Shown piece by piece: positions 1 through 10,493 of a DNA stretch of 64,000 nt (position 1 is the first letter of the stretch; each line of letters opens with the position of its first letter). The stretch comes from Spirochaetota bacterium (GTDB lineage: Bacteria > Spirochaetota > UBA4802 > UBA5550). The stretch covers positions 64,001 to 128,000 of the forward strand of contig CAXXHB010000003.1 of NCBI GenBank assembly GCA_963664815.2, read 5' to 3'. A program made the position numbers and the translations under genes. The notes beneath the pieces are model-generated. The model was not told where the DNA came from. It was given only the letters and a program-made list of their open reading frames with translations, and made no database searches.

Positions 1-2224
1 TTATTTGCGCGTCTTTTGCCTCAACGTAGAGTATATCTTTGGATACATCGAAATAAATTGAAGAGAGATCAACAGCACAGAAATTCAGCATCTTCCTGTA
101 AACCTGATGGAATTCGAACTTCTCATAATTTTTTATTACCCCATCTGAAAGATGGTAGAGTTTATGAAGGATCCATTTGTCAACATCAGTGAGGTCTTTA
201 TATGGCACTCTCTCGTTATCGGAAAAATCAGCGATGTTACCTATGATATACTTCATGGTGTTTCTGATCCTCCGGTATGAATCGGCAACCTGGTTCATCA
301 TGTTCATGCCGATACGGACATCATTCCTGTAGTCTTCAGAGGATACCCACATCCTGAGAATATCGGCGCCGAACTTTTCCATGATTACTTCGGGCTCAAT
401 ACCATTACCCATTGATTTGCTCATCGCCCTTCCGGTTTCATCAAGCATAAATCCGTGAGTAAGAACCGTTTTAAATGGAGCACGTCCCCTGAGCGCAAGT
501 GCAGGCCATAGTGAAGACTGAAACCATCCCCTGTGCTGGTCGCTCCCCTCAAGATAAACGTCTGCCGGCCAGCTGAGTTCTTTCCACTTTTGACTGTCAA
601 GAACGGCAAAATGTGATACTCCGGAATCAAACCATACGTCAAGTATGTCAAATTCCTTCACAAGGTTTTCCGAACCGCATGAACATCTGGTTCCTGCCGG
701 GATAAGTTCTTTTAAGTCTCTGGTGTACCATGAATCTATTCCGTCTTTCAGCGCAATGTCAGCAAATAACTGAACGGATTCTGCTGTCATGAGATTTTTG
801 TTGCAGTCGGCACATTTGAAAGAAGGGATTGGAACTCCCCAGGATCTCTGCCGTGAGAGGCACCAGTCCGGTCTTGTTTCAACCATGCTCCTGAATCTTG
901 ATTCACCCCATGATGGAACCCATTCTGTCTGGTCAACTGATTCTAGTCCTTTTTTTCTCAGATCATTATGATCCATGCTGAAGAACCACTGTTCCGTTGC
1001 TCTGTAGATCAGAGGTTTTTTACATCTCCAGCAGTGTGGATAGGAGTGATCAATCTTCCCGCTTTGTACAAGGGCATTCCCGGCCTCCAGCAGTTTAACA
1101 ATTTCGCCATCAGCTTTGAATACATGCATTCCTTTCATTTCAGGAAAGTCTGATGTGTACTTTCCTTCATCATCAACCGGGCAGTAAACTTCCAGGCCGT
1201 TGGCAAGACCAATTATATAGTCATCGTGCCCATGGCCAGGAGCGGTGTGTACAATGCCTGTTCCCTGTTCGAGAGTAACATGGGTACCGAGAAGAACCTT
1301 TGATTCCCTGTCAATAAACGGATGGCGGACATGTAACTCTTTTATGTTATCAGGAGTAAGCTCAATTGTTTCGGAATGTTTTCTGCCGGTAGCAGATTCA
1401 AATTGTTCCAGGAGACCCTTCGCAAGAATAAAATATTCGTCTCCGAATTTATATGAGCAGTACTCGAAATCCGGGTGAAAGCTGACTCCGAGGTTAGCCG
1501 GTATTGTCCATGGTGTAGTTGTCCAGATCACTGCAAATGTCTTGTTTTTATCTCCGCCGAATTTAATGGATGCTGTTTCAACAGGGAATTTTACATAAAT
1601 GGATGTTGAGGTGTGCATGTCATACTCAACTTCAGCCTCTGCAAGAGCTGTTACGCAGGTTGGGCACCAGTAGATCGGTTTTTTGTTTTTATATATGAAT
1701 CCATTTTTAAGTATTTCACCGAAAACTTCAACTATGCGCGCTTCATAATCGGGAGACATTGTCTTATAAGGGTGATCGTAGTCTCCGAAAACCCCAAGCC
1801 GTTTAAATCCCTCCATCTGTATTCCTACATATTTTTCAGCATAGTCGCGGCATTTTTTCCTGATATCGACTTTAGGCATGGTTTTTGCCTTGTCGCCAAG
1901 TTCTTTGGTGACGTTAAGTTCAATGGGAAGACCGTGGCAGTCCCATCCCGGTACGTACGGGGATCTGTATCCCATCATGGTCTTGTGTTTTACAATAATA
2001 TCTTTCAGAATTTTGTTAAGAGCGTGACCAAGATGAAGGTGACCATTGGCATATGGAGGTCCGTCATGAAGAATATATGATTCGGCACCTTCGCGGGATT
2101 TCTGAATCTGTTCATAAATCTTTTCATCCTGCCATTTTTTGACAATTGCAGGTTCTTTCTGGGGGAGATTTGCCCTCATAGGGAAATCGGTTACGGGAAG
2201 GTTGACAGTTTTTGAATAATCCAT
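1..2224 (-). CDS. ileS: Isoleucine--tRNA ligase (5' portion; continues beyond left edge of window)
   Basis: Not in the ORF track because there is no stop in the window. Manual translation from ATG at 2224 gives MDYSKTVNLPVTDFPMRANL, then LHDGPPYANGHLHLGHALNK (HIGH-type motif), WTTTPWTIPAN, GTGIVHTAPGHG, DWCLSRQRSWG and LTHGFMLDETGRAMSKSMGNG (KMSKS-type motif). Confidence 0.97.
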   Translation of the reverse strand, partial: MDYSKTVNLPVTDFPMRANLPQKEPAIVKKWQDEKIYEQIQKSREGAESYILHDGPPYANGHLHLGHALNKILKDIIVKHKTMMGYRSPYVPGWDCHGLPIELNVTKELGDKAKTMPKVDIRKKCRDYAEKYVGIQMEGFKRLGVFGDYDHPYKTMSPDYEARIVEVFGEILKNGFIYKNKKPIYWCPTCVTALAEAEVEYDMHTSTSIYVKFPVETASIKFGGDKNKTFAVIWTTTPWTIPANLGVSFHPDFEYCSYKFGDEYFILAKGLLEQFESATGRKHSETIELTPDNIKELHVRHPFIDRESKVLLGTHVTLEQGTGIVHTAPGHGHDDYIIGLANGLEVYCPVDDEGKYTSDFPEMKGMHVFKADGEIVKLLEAGNALVQSGKIDHSYPHCWRCKKPLIYRATEQWFFSMDHNDLRKKGLESVDQTEWVPSWGESRFRSMVETRPDWCLSRQRSWGVPIPSFKCADCNKNLMTAESVQLFADIALKDGIDSWYTRDLKELIPAGTRCSCGSENLVKEFDILDVWFDSGVSHFAVLDSQKWKELSWPADVYLEGSDQHRGWFQSSLWPALALRGRAPFKTVLTHGFMLDETGRAMSKSMGNGIEPEVIMEKFGADILRMWVSSEDYRNDVRIGMNMMNQVADSYRRIRNTMKYIIGNIADFSDNERVPYKDLTDVDKWILHKLYHLSDGVIKNYEKFEFHQVYRKMLNFCAVDLSSIYFDVSKDILYVEAKDAQI

Positions 2225-2404
2225 TTGGTCCTCTTAAACTATGGCATATTGTTAAGGGTTCACTTAAAAATTCTGTGACACCCTTGAGGGTCTTTTAAAC
2301 AGGAAAAAGCCTCTAAAACCCTATTAAAAACAAATTAAAACGTCTTTCCGGGAGGCATATTTGTCAATATTTTTTTATGGATACATCAAACTATAGTCTT
2401 CAGG

Positions 2405-3352
2405 TTATGGTTCTGTATTATAAATATTCTCCGAAATCCTGTCGAGTTCAGAAATTTCCCCGGCTGTAAGTATTAAATCCGAACCGCCAAGATTATCCAA
2501 TACCTGGTTTGCAGTACGCGCTCCGGCGATTGCTGCGGCAATTCCATTTTTTGAGAGAATCCACGCAACAGCAACATGTTCCGGCTTAACCCCTTTTTCC
2601 CCGGCGATTTCGGCGACTTTGTCAACAACTGTTTTTACCTTCGGCCAGTATTGCTTTTTAAAGAACCTGTAGAAAAAGCTTCTTGCGTCTCCCTTTTTAA
2701 ACTGCGGGTGTTCCTTATACTTTCCCGTAAGCATTCCTGCACCAAGTGAGCCGTATGAAATTATCCCTATATTATTATCAATGCATACCTTCATCTGGTC
2801 TGATTCGATTTCCCTTTCGAGGAGTGAGTAGTTCGGCTGAAAAGATACTATTTCTCCGTATCTCAAAGCATCTTTCAGCATTTGCCCTGAGAAATTACAT
2901 ATACCAATGTGTTTTATTTTTCCTGATTCTTTAGCTTTCATAAGTGAGACCATTGAATCTTCAAGAGGCGTTGATGGATCTGGCCAGTGAATCTGGTAGA
3001 GATCTATATAATCGGTTCTGAGCCTTTTCAGGGATTGTTCAAGATCGTGCATAATAAAATCCGGTTTAAGATTGTTCCTGTTCCCGTTTTCTATATCAAG
3101 ACCGCATTTTGTCGCAATGATGATCCTGTCTCTTCTGCCGGAAACAACAGAACCTATAAGCTCCTCAGCATGTCCGTTACCGTAAACCGGAGCGGTATCT
3201 ATGCAGTTGATTCCATTATCTATCGCCGTTTCTATTGATTTTATTGCGTTTTCCTCATCATAGCCGCTCCACATGGTTCCGCCGATTGCCCATGTTCCGA
3301 GGATTATCTCTGTTACATCGAGATCGCTCGATCCGAGTCTGCGTGTTTTCAT
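2405..3352 (-). CDS. Aldo/keto reductase (IolS/Tas-like)
   Basis: LGTWAIGG, IDTAPVYGNG, IATKCG, SLKRLRTDYIDLYQIHWPD: the AKR catalytic tetrad D/Y/K/H is present. Confidence 0.95.
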   Translation of the reverse strand: MKTRRLGSSDLDVTEIILGTWAIGGTMWSGYDEENAIKSIETAIDNGINCIDTAPVYGNGHAEELIGSVVSGRRDRIIIATKCGLDIENGNRNNLKPDFIMHDLEQSLKRLRTDYIDLYQIHWPDPSTPLEDSMVSLMKAKESGKIKHIGICNFSGQMLKDALRYGEIVSFQPNYSLLEREIESDQMKVCIDNNIGIISYGSLGAGMLTGKYKEHPQFKKGDARSFFYRFFKKQYWPKVKTVVDKVAEIAGEKGVKPEHVAVAWILSKNGIAAAIAGARTANQVLDNLGGSDLILTAGEISELDRISENIYNTEP

Positions 3353-3843
3353 TTATTCACCTTTTATTAAAATATTTTCTGTGATAGATACTATAAATAC
3401 TCTCAGGGGAAATATGTCTAACCAGTTCAGAACTTTCCAGAAAAATTTATTCATTTAATAAGACAGTAACTGTTCTTACTTAATGCTGTAATAAACAGGT
3501 ATAACTTTACCGGGAAAATAAGTTTTAATGAATTTTTGTCAGGAATGATTCCCGCTGCTCCCTATACAGGGATTGTTTTGTCTCTTTGAGGTTAGCCGGT
3601 CTTTACAGCATTTATGCCATTTCCAGTACTGGAGATATAAAATATGTTACCGGCAACAGTTAAACAAGTTTCATCAGCAAATTCATACTGATCTAACAGA
3701 GTAATATTTATTTTTTACTACCCATAAAATCTAAAAAAAGACTTTACATTTACTTAAAAATAAATATTATCAAGTATATTATTAAGACTGCAGCCAGTAA
3801 AAGGTGATTTTTTGTTTATAATTAATTATTCAGAGGAGATATA

Positions 3844-3975
3844 ATGGGAGATAAGAGTCCGAAATCAAAAGATAAAAATCAGAAACAGAAAGACAGCAGT
3901 AAAGCAAAAGCTGTACAAAAAGCTAAGGATGAAAAAGATGCTAAGGTTGTAAATACAGCGAAGCCTAAGAAGTAA
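3844..3975 (+). CDS. Small Lys-rich hypothetical protein (43 aa, MGDKSPKSKDKNQKQKD...)
   Basis: Below the ORF-track size cut-off. Strong RBS (AGAGGAG) 5 nt before ATG 3844, TAA at 3973-3975, downstream hairpin at about 4056-4087. Confidence 0.75.
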   Translation: MGDKSPKSKDKNQKQKDSSKAKAVQKAKDEKDAKVVNTAKPKK

Positions 3976-4407
3976 TTTTTATAAGAATTTTTAATGTCTG
4001 TTGTACTGACATTGTTAAGAATACAGTTATTTGTACATGTAGTTTGCAGACAGATTAACCTCACTGTTTTATCAGTGAAAGAGGTTAAAAGTTTGAATCT
4101 ATAAAAATTAAGGTATAATTAAGAAATTCTTTTCATATCCGCAGGTACTATATATATCAATCCTGTTTTGCCTGTTAAATATTCCTTATTTATTACCTGT
4201 CTATATTATTTACATTCCCGTCGATAATTCAGCCGCCCGATTTTGCATTATTCAATTATAAATATTTAAAAAAAACATTCAGCTTATAATATTATTATTG
4301 ATTATCCACAGAGCATTCTTTTGCATGCATATTAAAGATAAGAACTATACAGAGCAGAGATTTCTTAAGCCGAATTTATAAAGATATAATAAGAGGATGC
4401 TTTTCTC

Positions 4408-5793
4408 ATGGAAAAAAAAGAGAGATTTTTAGAGAGCTACATTTTAAAAAACTACCAGTCAGCGCCATTCATGACAAAACAGCGTGTGTATGTTTTAATG
4501 TGGATGCAGATTGTATATATGCTGTTAAACGTCACAACTCAGACTTTGACAAATATACTGTCACCTCATGCAGCAACAAAATTTTACAACATAAGTATGA
4601 TTTTTTTAACTTTTGCTTTTATGGTCTGTTTTATAATTCTTAAATCAGGCACATACAGGATTGCTGCATATCTGTCTATTGTTCTTCCGCTTGTTCTTAT
4701 GACATTGCAGGGACTTCAGATAAGCACAGAAAGCGGAAAATTTGTATTCATGTATTATCTTGTGATGTTTATTGTTATGGCCTCTTTATTAGGGGACAGG
4801 ATCACTATCATTTTTATTACTGCTATGGTAATTACCGGGATTATTCTGATTGTAACGAAATCGGGTGATATCATTCCTGTTGATAAACATGGATCTTCTA
4901 TTGTAAATTTATCGATTGCCTCTTTTTTTACATCTGTAGTATGTATTCTTACATCTTGGATTGTAAAAGCAACTCTTGAAGAAACAGAAAAAAAGAATAC
5001 GGAGCTTGAGGAATCTCTTGCTGGAAATAATGAGATTTTAACAACGTGCACATCAGTAGCTTATACACTCAAAAACACAGCTGAAAATCTTTCTGTCAAC
5101 TCTGCAACATTTTCAGACAGCGCCCGGGCACAGGCTGCAGGTGTTGAAGAGATATCATCAACAATGGAGGAGATGCTGTCCTCCGTAAGTCAGAGTGCAG
5201 ATAACTCTGCTGAAGCTGAGTTGATTTCGGAAAAATCATATAAGCTGGCGGGAGAGGGGACTGAAATAGTAAACAAAGCAGTTATCGCGATAAACGAAGT
5301 GAACGAATCCTCAAGAAAGATATCGGACATTATTAATCTTATTAACGATATTGCTTTCCAGACAAACCTCCTTGCCCTCAATGCATCTGTTGAAGCAGCA
5401 CGGGCAGGTGACAGCGGCAGAGGTTTTGCAGTTGTTGCCTCAGAAGTGAGAAACCTGGCTCAGCGATCCAGAGGTGCTTCAGATGAAATAAGCAAGCTTA
5501 TAAAGGCATCAGTTGAAAAAATTTCAATCGGAACAGATCTTGTCAACAAAAGCGGAAGAGCATTAAAAGAAATATTCGGTTCAATAGAACAGACGAGGAA
5601 AATAATTTCAGAAATAAACTCTGTCAGCCGTGAGCAGAAAGAAGGGCTTGGGCAGGTTACAAATGCGCTGAACCAGGCTGATGTATTAAGCCAGAAGACA
5701 GCGACAGCCGCGGAGGAGCTCTTCTATTCATCAGAACAGCTAAAGAAGAATTCGGCCGAGCTTCAGGAACTCATGTCAATTTTTAAAAACTGA
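4408..5793 (+). CDS. Methyl-accepting chemotaxis protein with multi-TM N-terminus
   Basis: Hydrophobic N-terminal ~185 aa; signalling hairpin [40 protein letters not shown]. Confidence 0.95.
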   Translation: MEKKERFLESYILKNYQSAPFMTKQRVYVLMWMQIVYMLLNVTTQTLTNILSPHAATKFYNISMIFLTFAFMVCFIILKSGTYRIAAYLSIVLPLVLMTLQGLQISTESGKFVFMYYLVMFIVMASLLGDRITIIFITAMVITGIILIVTKSGDIIPVDKHGSSIVNLSIASFFTSVVCILTSWIVKATLEETEKKNTELEESLAGNNEILTTCTSVAYTLKNTAENLSVNSATFSDSARAQAAGVEEISSTMEEMLSSVSQSADNSAEAELISEKSYKLAGEGTEIVNKAVIAINEVNESSRKISDIINLINDIAFQTNLLALNASVEAARAGDSGRGFAVVASEVRNLAQRSRGASDEISKLIKASVEKISIGTDLVNKSGRALKEIFGSIEQTRKIISEINSVSREQKEGLGQVTNALNQADVLSQKTATAAEELFYSSEQLKKNSAELQELMSIFKN

Positions 5794-5920
5794 TGATGTT
5801 TTCATTATCAGTTTTTAATCAATCTTATACAGCAAATATGGTAATTGCTGAGTTGGATTTCATAAAAAAAGAATACAGGCTGGCGGTGATCATCCGGCTG
5901 AAAAAAATAAAAACCTTGTT

Positions 5921-7072
5921 TTACTTGACAACGGTTATTATTTTAATAGTGTCTTTAAGCTGATGGTTTCTTGAATAGTTATTTATTGCAATAATAAGAG
6001 CTGAAGTGAGCTTCTGATTTCTGTTTCCTATAATAACTCCTGAAGCTGTAATTAAATCCTCAGATAAATACATCCCCTCTTCAAGACTCTCCACCGGGAG
6101 TACCTTGTTGACAAAGCTTTTCTTTGTCGGGTCTGTTCGAAAAAACATTTTCTGTGCAATTGATAGAAGTGAGGGATCATAAAAACCTGGTTTTTTACTC
6201 ATATCAAGCAGCGCTTTCTCACTTTCAATACCTCCGGTTACTGCCTTATCATAGTCCAGGGCTATTTTTAAAATTCTGGAACCGACCGGTATTATATCTC
6301 CGGCAACATCATCAACTGGAAAGCCGTTGCCATCAAAGTTTTTCTCCTGGTACCTGATAATCTCTGCAACCTTGTCCAGCCGTGGAATGGTTTTTATCAT
6401 ATCAGCTCCTGTTGAGGGGTGGCTTAAAAACATTACATTTTCAGCTTCGGACAGGGTAAGGCCTTTATAGATTTTTTTTAATATATCATCAGGAATTGTG
6501 ATACAACCAATCTGTGAAAGAGTCGCCGCTATTTCAATCTGCCATTTGTTGTCGATATCAAGCTCATTGTAGATAGATCTTGCCAGGCTTCTGATTTTCT
6601 GTGTTTTATTGAAAGCCTGGGGTTTTGCAAGTGAAAGAAGATCTGTCAGTACTTTAATGCTTCCACCAAGCGTTTTCCCGAGCAGTTCTTTTTCTGCGGA
6701 GACGAGTTCATATTGTCTCACAGCATCTTTTATATTATTTACAAGATCATCCGGGGAACATGGTTTTGTGAGAAATCTGAAAATTTTTCCTTTATTTATA
6801 AGATTTATTATCGCTTCAAGATCAGCCTGACCGGTAAGCATTATCTGGATAGTGTCGGGCGAAAGGCTCCTTACTTTTTCAAGAAGTTCAACTCCATTCA
6901 TTTTAGGCATTTTAAAGTCCGATATAATAACCTGGAATGATTTATCATTCTCTATTTTTTCAATTGCGGAGGTACCTGAGTCTGCAACTTCAACATCAAA
7001 TTCATCGCACAGATTTCTTCTATATGCTTCAAGAATGTTTTTTTCATCATCAACAAGCAGTATTCGGTTCAT
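5921..7072 (-). CDS. Response regulator with degenerate HD-GYP-like output domain (RpfG-like)
   Basis: REC domain (LLVDDE, IISDFKMP, FLTKP), then an HD-GYP-like region in which SQIG replaces HDIG and YQEKNFDGNGFP replaces HHExxDGxGYP. Confidence 0.88.
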   Translation of the reverse strand: MNRILLVDDEKNILEAYRRNLCDEFDVEVADSGTSAIEKIENDKSFQVIISDFKMPKMNGVELLEKVRSLSPDTIQIMLTGQADLEAIINLINKGKIFRFLTKPCSPDDLVNNIKDAVRQYELVSAEKELLGKTLGGSIKVLTDLLSLAKPQAFNKTQKIRSLARSIYNELDIDNKWQIEIAATLSQIGCITIPDDILKKIYKGLTLSEAENVMFLSHPSTGADMIKTIPRLDKVAEIIRYQEKNFDGNGFPVDDVAGDIIPVGSRILKIALDYDKAVTGGIESEKALLDMSKKPGFYDPSLLSIAQKMFFRTDPTKKSFVNKVLPVESLEEGMYLSEDLITASGVIIGNRNQKLTSALIIAINNYSRNHQLKDTIKIITVVK

Positions 7073-7204
7073 AAAACAACTCCCTGATAAAATATATTTT
7101 TCAAATACACCCGTTTTGCTGAATCTGCAGCATTCAATTTCAGCAATAACCCGGATGAGAAGTTAAAAGCGCCTCCAGCCGATCCCGGACTGCAGCTAAG
7201 GGTG

Positions 7205-7567
7205 TCAGTTGAAAAGCTTTTCAATCTCCAGTATTATCATTTCGAAATCGCACGGTTTTGAGATATATTTATGTGCCAGAGATTCGGCCTCCTGAAATAT
7301 ATTTTCATTTACCTGTGCTGAAAGCATCACCCTTTTCATGTCGGGGTATTTGGTCCTTGCAGTGCTGAGCAGAGTTAAACCGGACATCCCGGGCATCATC
7401 TGATCTGATACAATTACATCATACCTTTTGGTTTCAAGCAATCTCAAGGCGTCTTCACCGGATGACGCAGTATCAAAATTTATATAACTTTTCTCTATAG
7501 TAAGAAGACGACTTAACCCCTCAATAAGATTCTCATCATCATCAACGAACAATATAGACAATTTCAT
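7205..7567 (-). CDS. Single-domain response regulator
   Basis: ILFVDDD, IVSDQMMPGMSG, ISKP. Confidence 0.92.
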   Translation of the reverse strand: MKLSILFVDDDENLIEGLSRLLTIEKSYINFDTASSGEDALRLLETKRYDVIVSDQMMPGMSGLTLLSTARTKYPDMKRVMLSAQVNENIFQEAESLAHKYISKPCDFEMIILEIEKLFN

Positions 7568-7569
7568 TT

Positions 7570-9975
7570 TTACTCCTTATCTTCAAGGGGAAGTTTTATA
7601 ATAAAAGTTGTCCCTCTTCCCGGATCACTTTCAAAATATAAAGAACCATGATGTTTTTCAACTATTATTGAATAAGATATGGCAAGACCCTGGCCTGTTC
7701 CCTTACCTACGTCTTTTGTCGTGAAAAATGGATTAAAGATCTTTTCCTTAATTTCAGCGGGAATACCGGTACCGTTATCTTCCACCCTGATAATTGCATG
7801 TGTATTATTACAGCCGGTATATATTTTAATAAGCCCTGAATCAGTTTTATTCTTTTCTTTTGCTTCAACTATTGCATCCTTGGCATTAACTAAAAGATTA
7901 AGGATCACCTGGTTTAATTCCGATTCATAACATGGTACATCAGGAAGAGTTTCATCCAGATTCAGCTGAAGTTCACAATCATATTTCCACTCGTTGCGTG
8001 AAACTGTTACTGTATTTTTAATAGCCTTGTTTATATTTGCCGGCATTTTTGTCCCAGTACCGGGATGGGAGAAGGCTTTCATCGATTGGATTATTCCGGA
8101 GACCTTGGCAACACCCTCCAGTGACTGCTCAAGAGCCTTGGGCATCTGCTCCAGGAGAAACGGGAGCTTTATTTTTTCGCTGAGTTCTTTTGCCTGCCTG
8201 ATTATGCGTGAAAATTCATCTAAATTGACGATTTTAGTATATGCCCTTTCATAAATATCCAGCGTATTAATAAGCCCGATAAATGATTTATTGATGAATT
8301 TAAGATTATCTCCAACATACTGCATAGGTGTGTTTATTTCATGTGCAACACCTGCGGCTAGCTGCCCTATTGCCTCAAGCTTATTAGACTGCAGAAGCTG
8401 GCTTTCAAGAATCTTCTGTTCGGTGAGGTCTTTGCCGAGAATTATAAATCCATCAAGCTTTTCCCCCCCTTTCTTTAATGGATTAATTGTCAGCCCCAGT
8501 ATGCCGTTTTTATTATCCTGTTTGCTGAACTTCAGGTTGTCAATTCTTATGCTTCTGTCTTCAATAATACAGTCGGAAATTCCCTCATAAATAATCTGCC
8601 AGTTCCAGTCAATTGCGGTCTCATAAAACAGTTTCCCGATTATATCAGAAGCATTTATTCCGAAAACCTGTTCTGCGAATGGATTCCAGTGAGTAATCCG
8701 GTCTTTTACTGAAACTCCGATAATAATACTTGAAAGGGAATTAATCAGGATATCCAGCTCCTCATTTATTTTTTTTAGTTCCTTTTCGTTTTCAACCCGA
8801 TCAGTAATATCAACCATTATTCCGACAATACCGGCTGTTTTCCCGTCGGGATTATTATACGTTGTTTTGTTGAAGTGGAAAACACGGGTTATCCCGTCAG
8901 CACATTTTATCTGTGATTCATAAATCTGAATTCCGGGATTATCCAGCAGCTCTTTATCCTTAGCTGTGTAATTCATTGCGAGATCGTGTGGTATTGTTTC
9001 GCCAAGATCAAAAGCGGTTTTATTTATTATTTCTTCACGTGGGAGACCCATTATTAATTCAGCAAATGAGTTATTACACCCCAGGAAGACCCCGTTAACG
9101 TCTTTATAAAAAACCGGATTGCTGATTGTGTTGATTAACGTTTCAAGAAACTGGAGATAATTGTTGAGTTTATCCTCTATTTCGATTTTATCGGTTACAT
9201 CTTCAAGTACACCATCAATCCAGTCCGGATTCCCGGACTCGCTGAAATGACACAACGCGGATATTGATGCCCAGAAAGGTTCTCCGGTAGTTTTTTTAAG
9301 TTTAACAAGATTATTCCGCATTTTTTTAAGCTCAATTATATCTGATCTGAACTCTTTCATTCTATCCATATCAAAAAACAATTCCTGGACAGTTGCCTCC
9401 AGCAGTTCTTCAATTGAATTATAACCAAATATAAGTGCTGCTGATAAATTAGCCTGAAGGATCTGCCCCGGGTTGGAAACAGATATCCTGAATACACCAA
9501 CAGGAAGATTTTCCATAAGTGTTCTATACCGTTCTTCACTTACTTTCAGAGCATTAAAAAGTTTTTTTCTTTCTTTTAAAATTCTGTTTTCATTGATGGC
9601 TCTTTTAATAGCAGGGACAAGGAGGTCAAGGTTATCTTTCAGTATAAAGTCAGTAGCGCCGGATTTAAGCGCTGTGACTGCCATTTCTTCACCAACAGCG
9701 CCTGTAACAAAAATAAAGGGAGTGTCCGGTGATAACTTCTTTGCCGTCTCAAGAGCTTTAAACCCGTCAAATCCCGGCAGATCAATATCAGAGAGTATAA
9801 TGTCCGGAGATAATTTTGTTATTTTTTCAGTAAAAGCTGACCTGTCTGATACCGAGTGGATCTGAAAGTTCAGATCACTGTGATTTAGTATATTCATTAT
9901 CAGTTCTGCATCTTCCTGGGAGTTTTCAATATGCAGAATTTTTTTTGATTCCCCTTTCAGTTTGTTTAACGTCAT
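7570..9975 (-). CDS. Hybrid REC-PAS-PAS-PAS histidine kinase (NtrB-like HisKA/HATPase)
   Basis: N-terminal REC, three PAS-like segments, H-box [12 protein letters not shown]-box [10 protein letters not shown] boxes DNGTGI and GKGTGQGL; no TM segments seen. Confidence 0.95.
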   Translation of the reverse strand: MTLNKLKGESKKILHIENSQEDAELIMNILNHSDLNFQIHSVSDRSAFTEKITKLSPDIILSDIDLPGFDGFKALETAKKLSPDTPFIFVTGAVGEEMAVTALKSGATDFILKDNLDLLVPAIKRAINENRILKERKKLFNALKVSEERYRTLMENLPVGVFRISVSNPGQILQANLSAALIFGYNSIEELLEATVQELFFDMDRMKEFRSDIIELKKMRNNLVKLKKTTGEPFWASISALCHFSESGNPDWIDGVLEDVTDKIEIEDKLNNYLQFLETLINTISNPVFYKDVNGVFLGCNNSFAELIMGLPREEIINKTAFDLGETIPHDLAMNYTAKDKELLDNPGIQIYESQIKCADGITRVFHFNKTTYNNPDGKTAGIVGIMVDITDRVENEKELKKINEELDILINSLSSIIIGVSVKDRITHWNPFAEQVFGINASDIIGKLFYETAIDWNWQIIYEGISDCIIEDRSIRIDNLKFSKQDNKNGILGLTINPLKKGGEKLDGFIILGKDLTEQKILESQLLQSNKLEAIGQLAAGVAHEINTPMQYVGDNLKFINKSFIGLINTLDIYERAYTKIVNLDEFSRIIRQAKELSEKIKLPFLLEQMPKALEQSLEGVAKVSGIIQSMKAFSHPGTGTKMPANINKAIKNTVTVSRNEWKYDCELQLNLDETLPDVPCYESELNQVILNLLVNAKDAIVEAKEKNKTDSGLIKIYTGCNNTHAIIRVEDNGTGIPAEIKEKIFNPFFTTKDVGKGTGQGLAISYSIIVEKHHGSLYFESDPGRGTTFIIKLPLEDKE

Positions 9976-9999
9976 TTATTCATCTCTTCTTTATTTAGT

Positions 10000-10401
10000 T
10001 TACTTATCTGAATAAAAAGATTCAACAATTCTGATAAATTCGGGCAGATTGAGCGGCTTTAAAAAAAAGTAGAGGGGATGTACTTTCATAGCTCTTTCCA
10101 TTAACTCAGGATCAGAATATCCGGTTAAAAAAATTATCTGTACATTATAGCGGGAAGTTTTCATTATTAATTCTGCCGTTTCAATTCCATCCATACTTCC
10201 GGCAAGCCTGATATCAAGAATAACCAGATCCGGTTTTAAGGCGGCAACGGATTCTATCGCTTCTTCACCGGTTGATACGCATGCAAGGACATTGTAGCCG
10301 CGGCGGGAAAAAATTTTCCCCATATACATTGCTGTAACTGCTTCATCCTCTACAATTATTATTGAGATTTCATTCATAACCAGACTCTTTTTTATAAACA
10401 T
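10000..10401 (-). CDS. Single-domain response regulator (start may be 10377)
   Basis: IIVEDE, ILDIRLAGSMDGI, FLTGY, FLKP. Confidence 0.92.
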   Translation of the reverse strand: MFIKKSLVMNEISIIIVEDEAVTAMYMGKIFSRRGYNVLACVSTGEEAIESVAALKPDLVILDIRLAGSMDGIETAELIMKTSRYNVQIIFLTGYSDPELMERAMKVHPLYFFLKPLNLPEFIRIVESFYSDK

Positions 10402-10493
10402 TGTATTTAAATTTAATTGTCCATTTTATTAAGATTTTTTCGCCTGAGTTTAATTATACGCTTCAATCGATAATATTTACAATTCAACAGTTA

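Noticed and set aside
421-2080. Short ORFs listed in the track across 421-2080
   Set aside because: All are shadow or out-of-frame ORFs inside ileS, which the track missed because its stop lies outside the window.
2225-2404. Possible T-box leader upstream of ileS
   Set aside because: No T-box consensus (AAGGTGGxACC) or specifier stem was recognised in the short intergenic region.
3879-4064. 61-aa minus-strand ORF
   Set aside because: Antisense to the better-supported plus-strand Lys-rich ORF that has a strong RBS.
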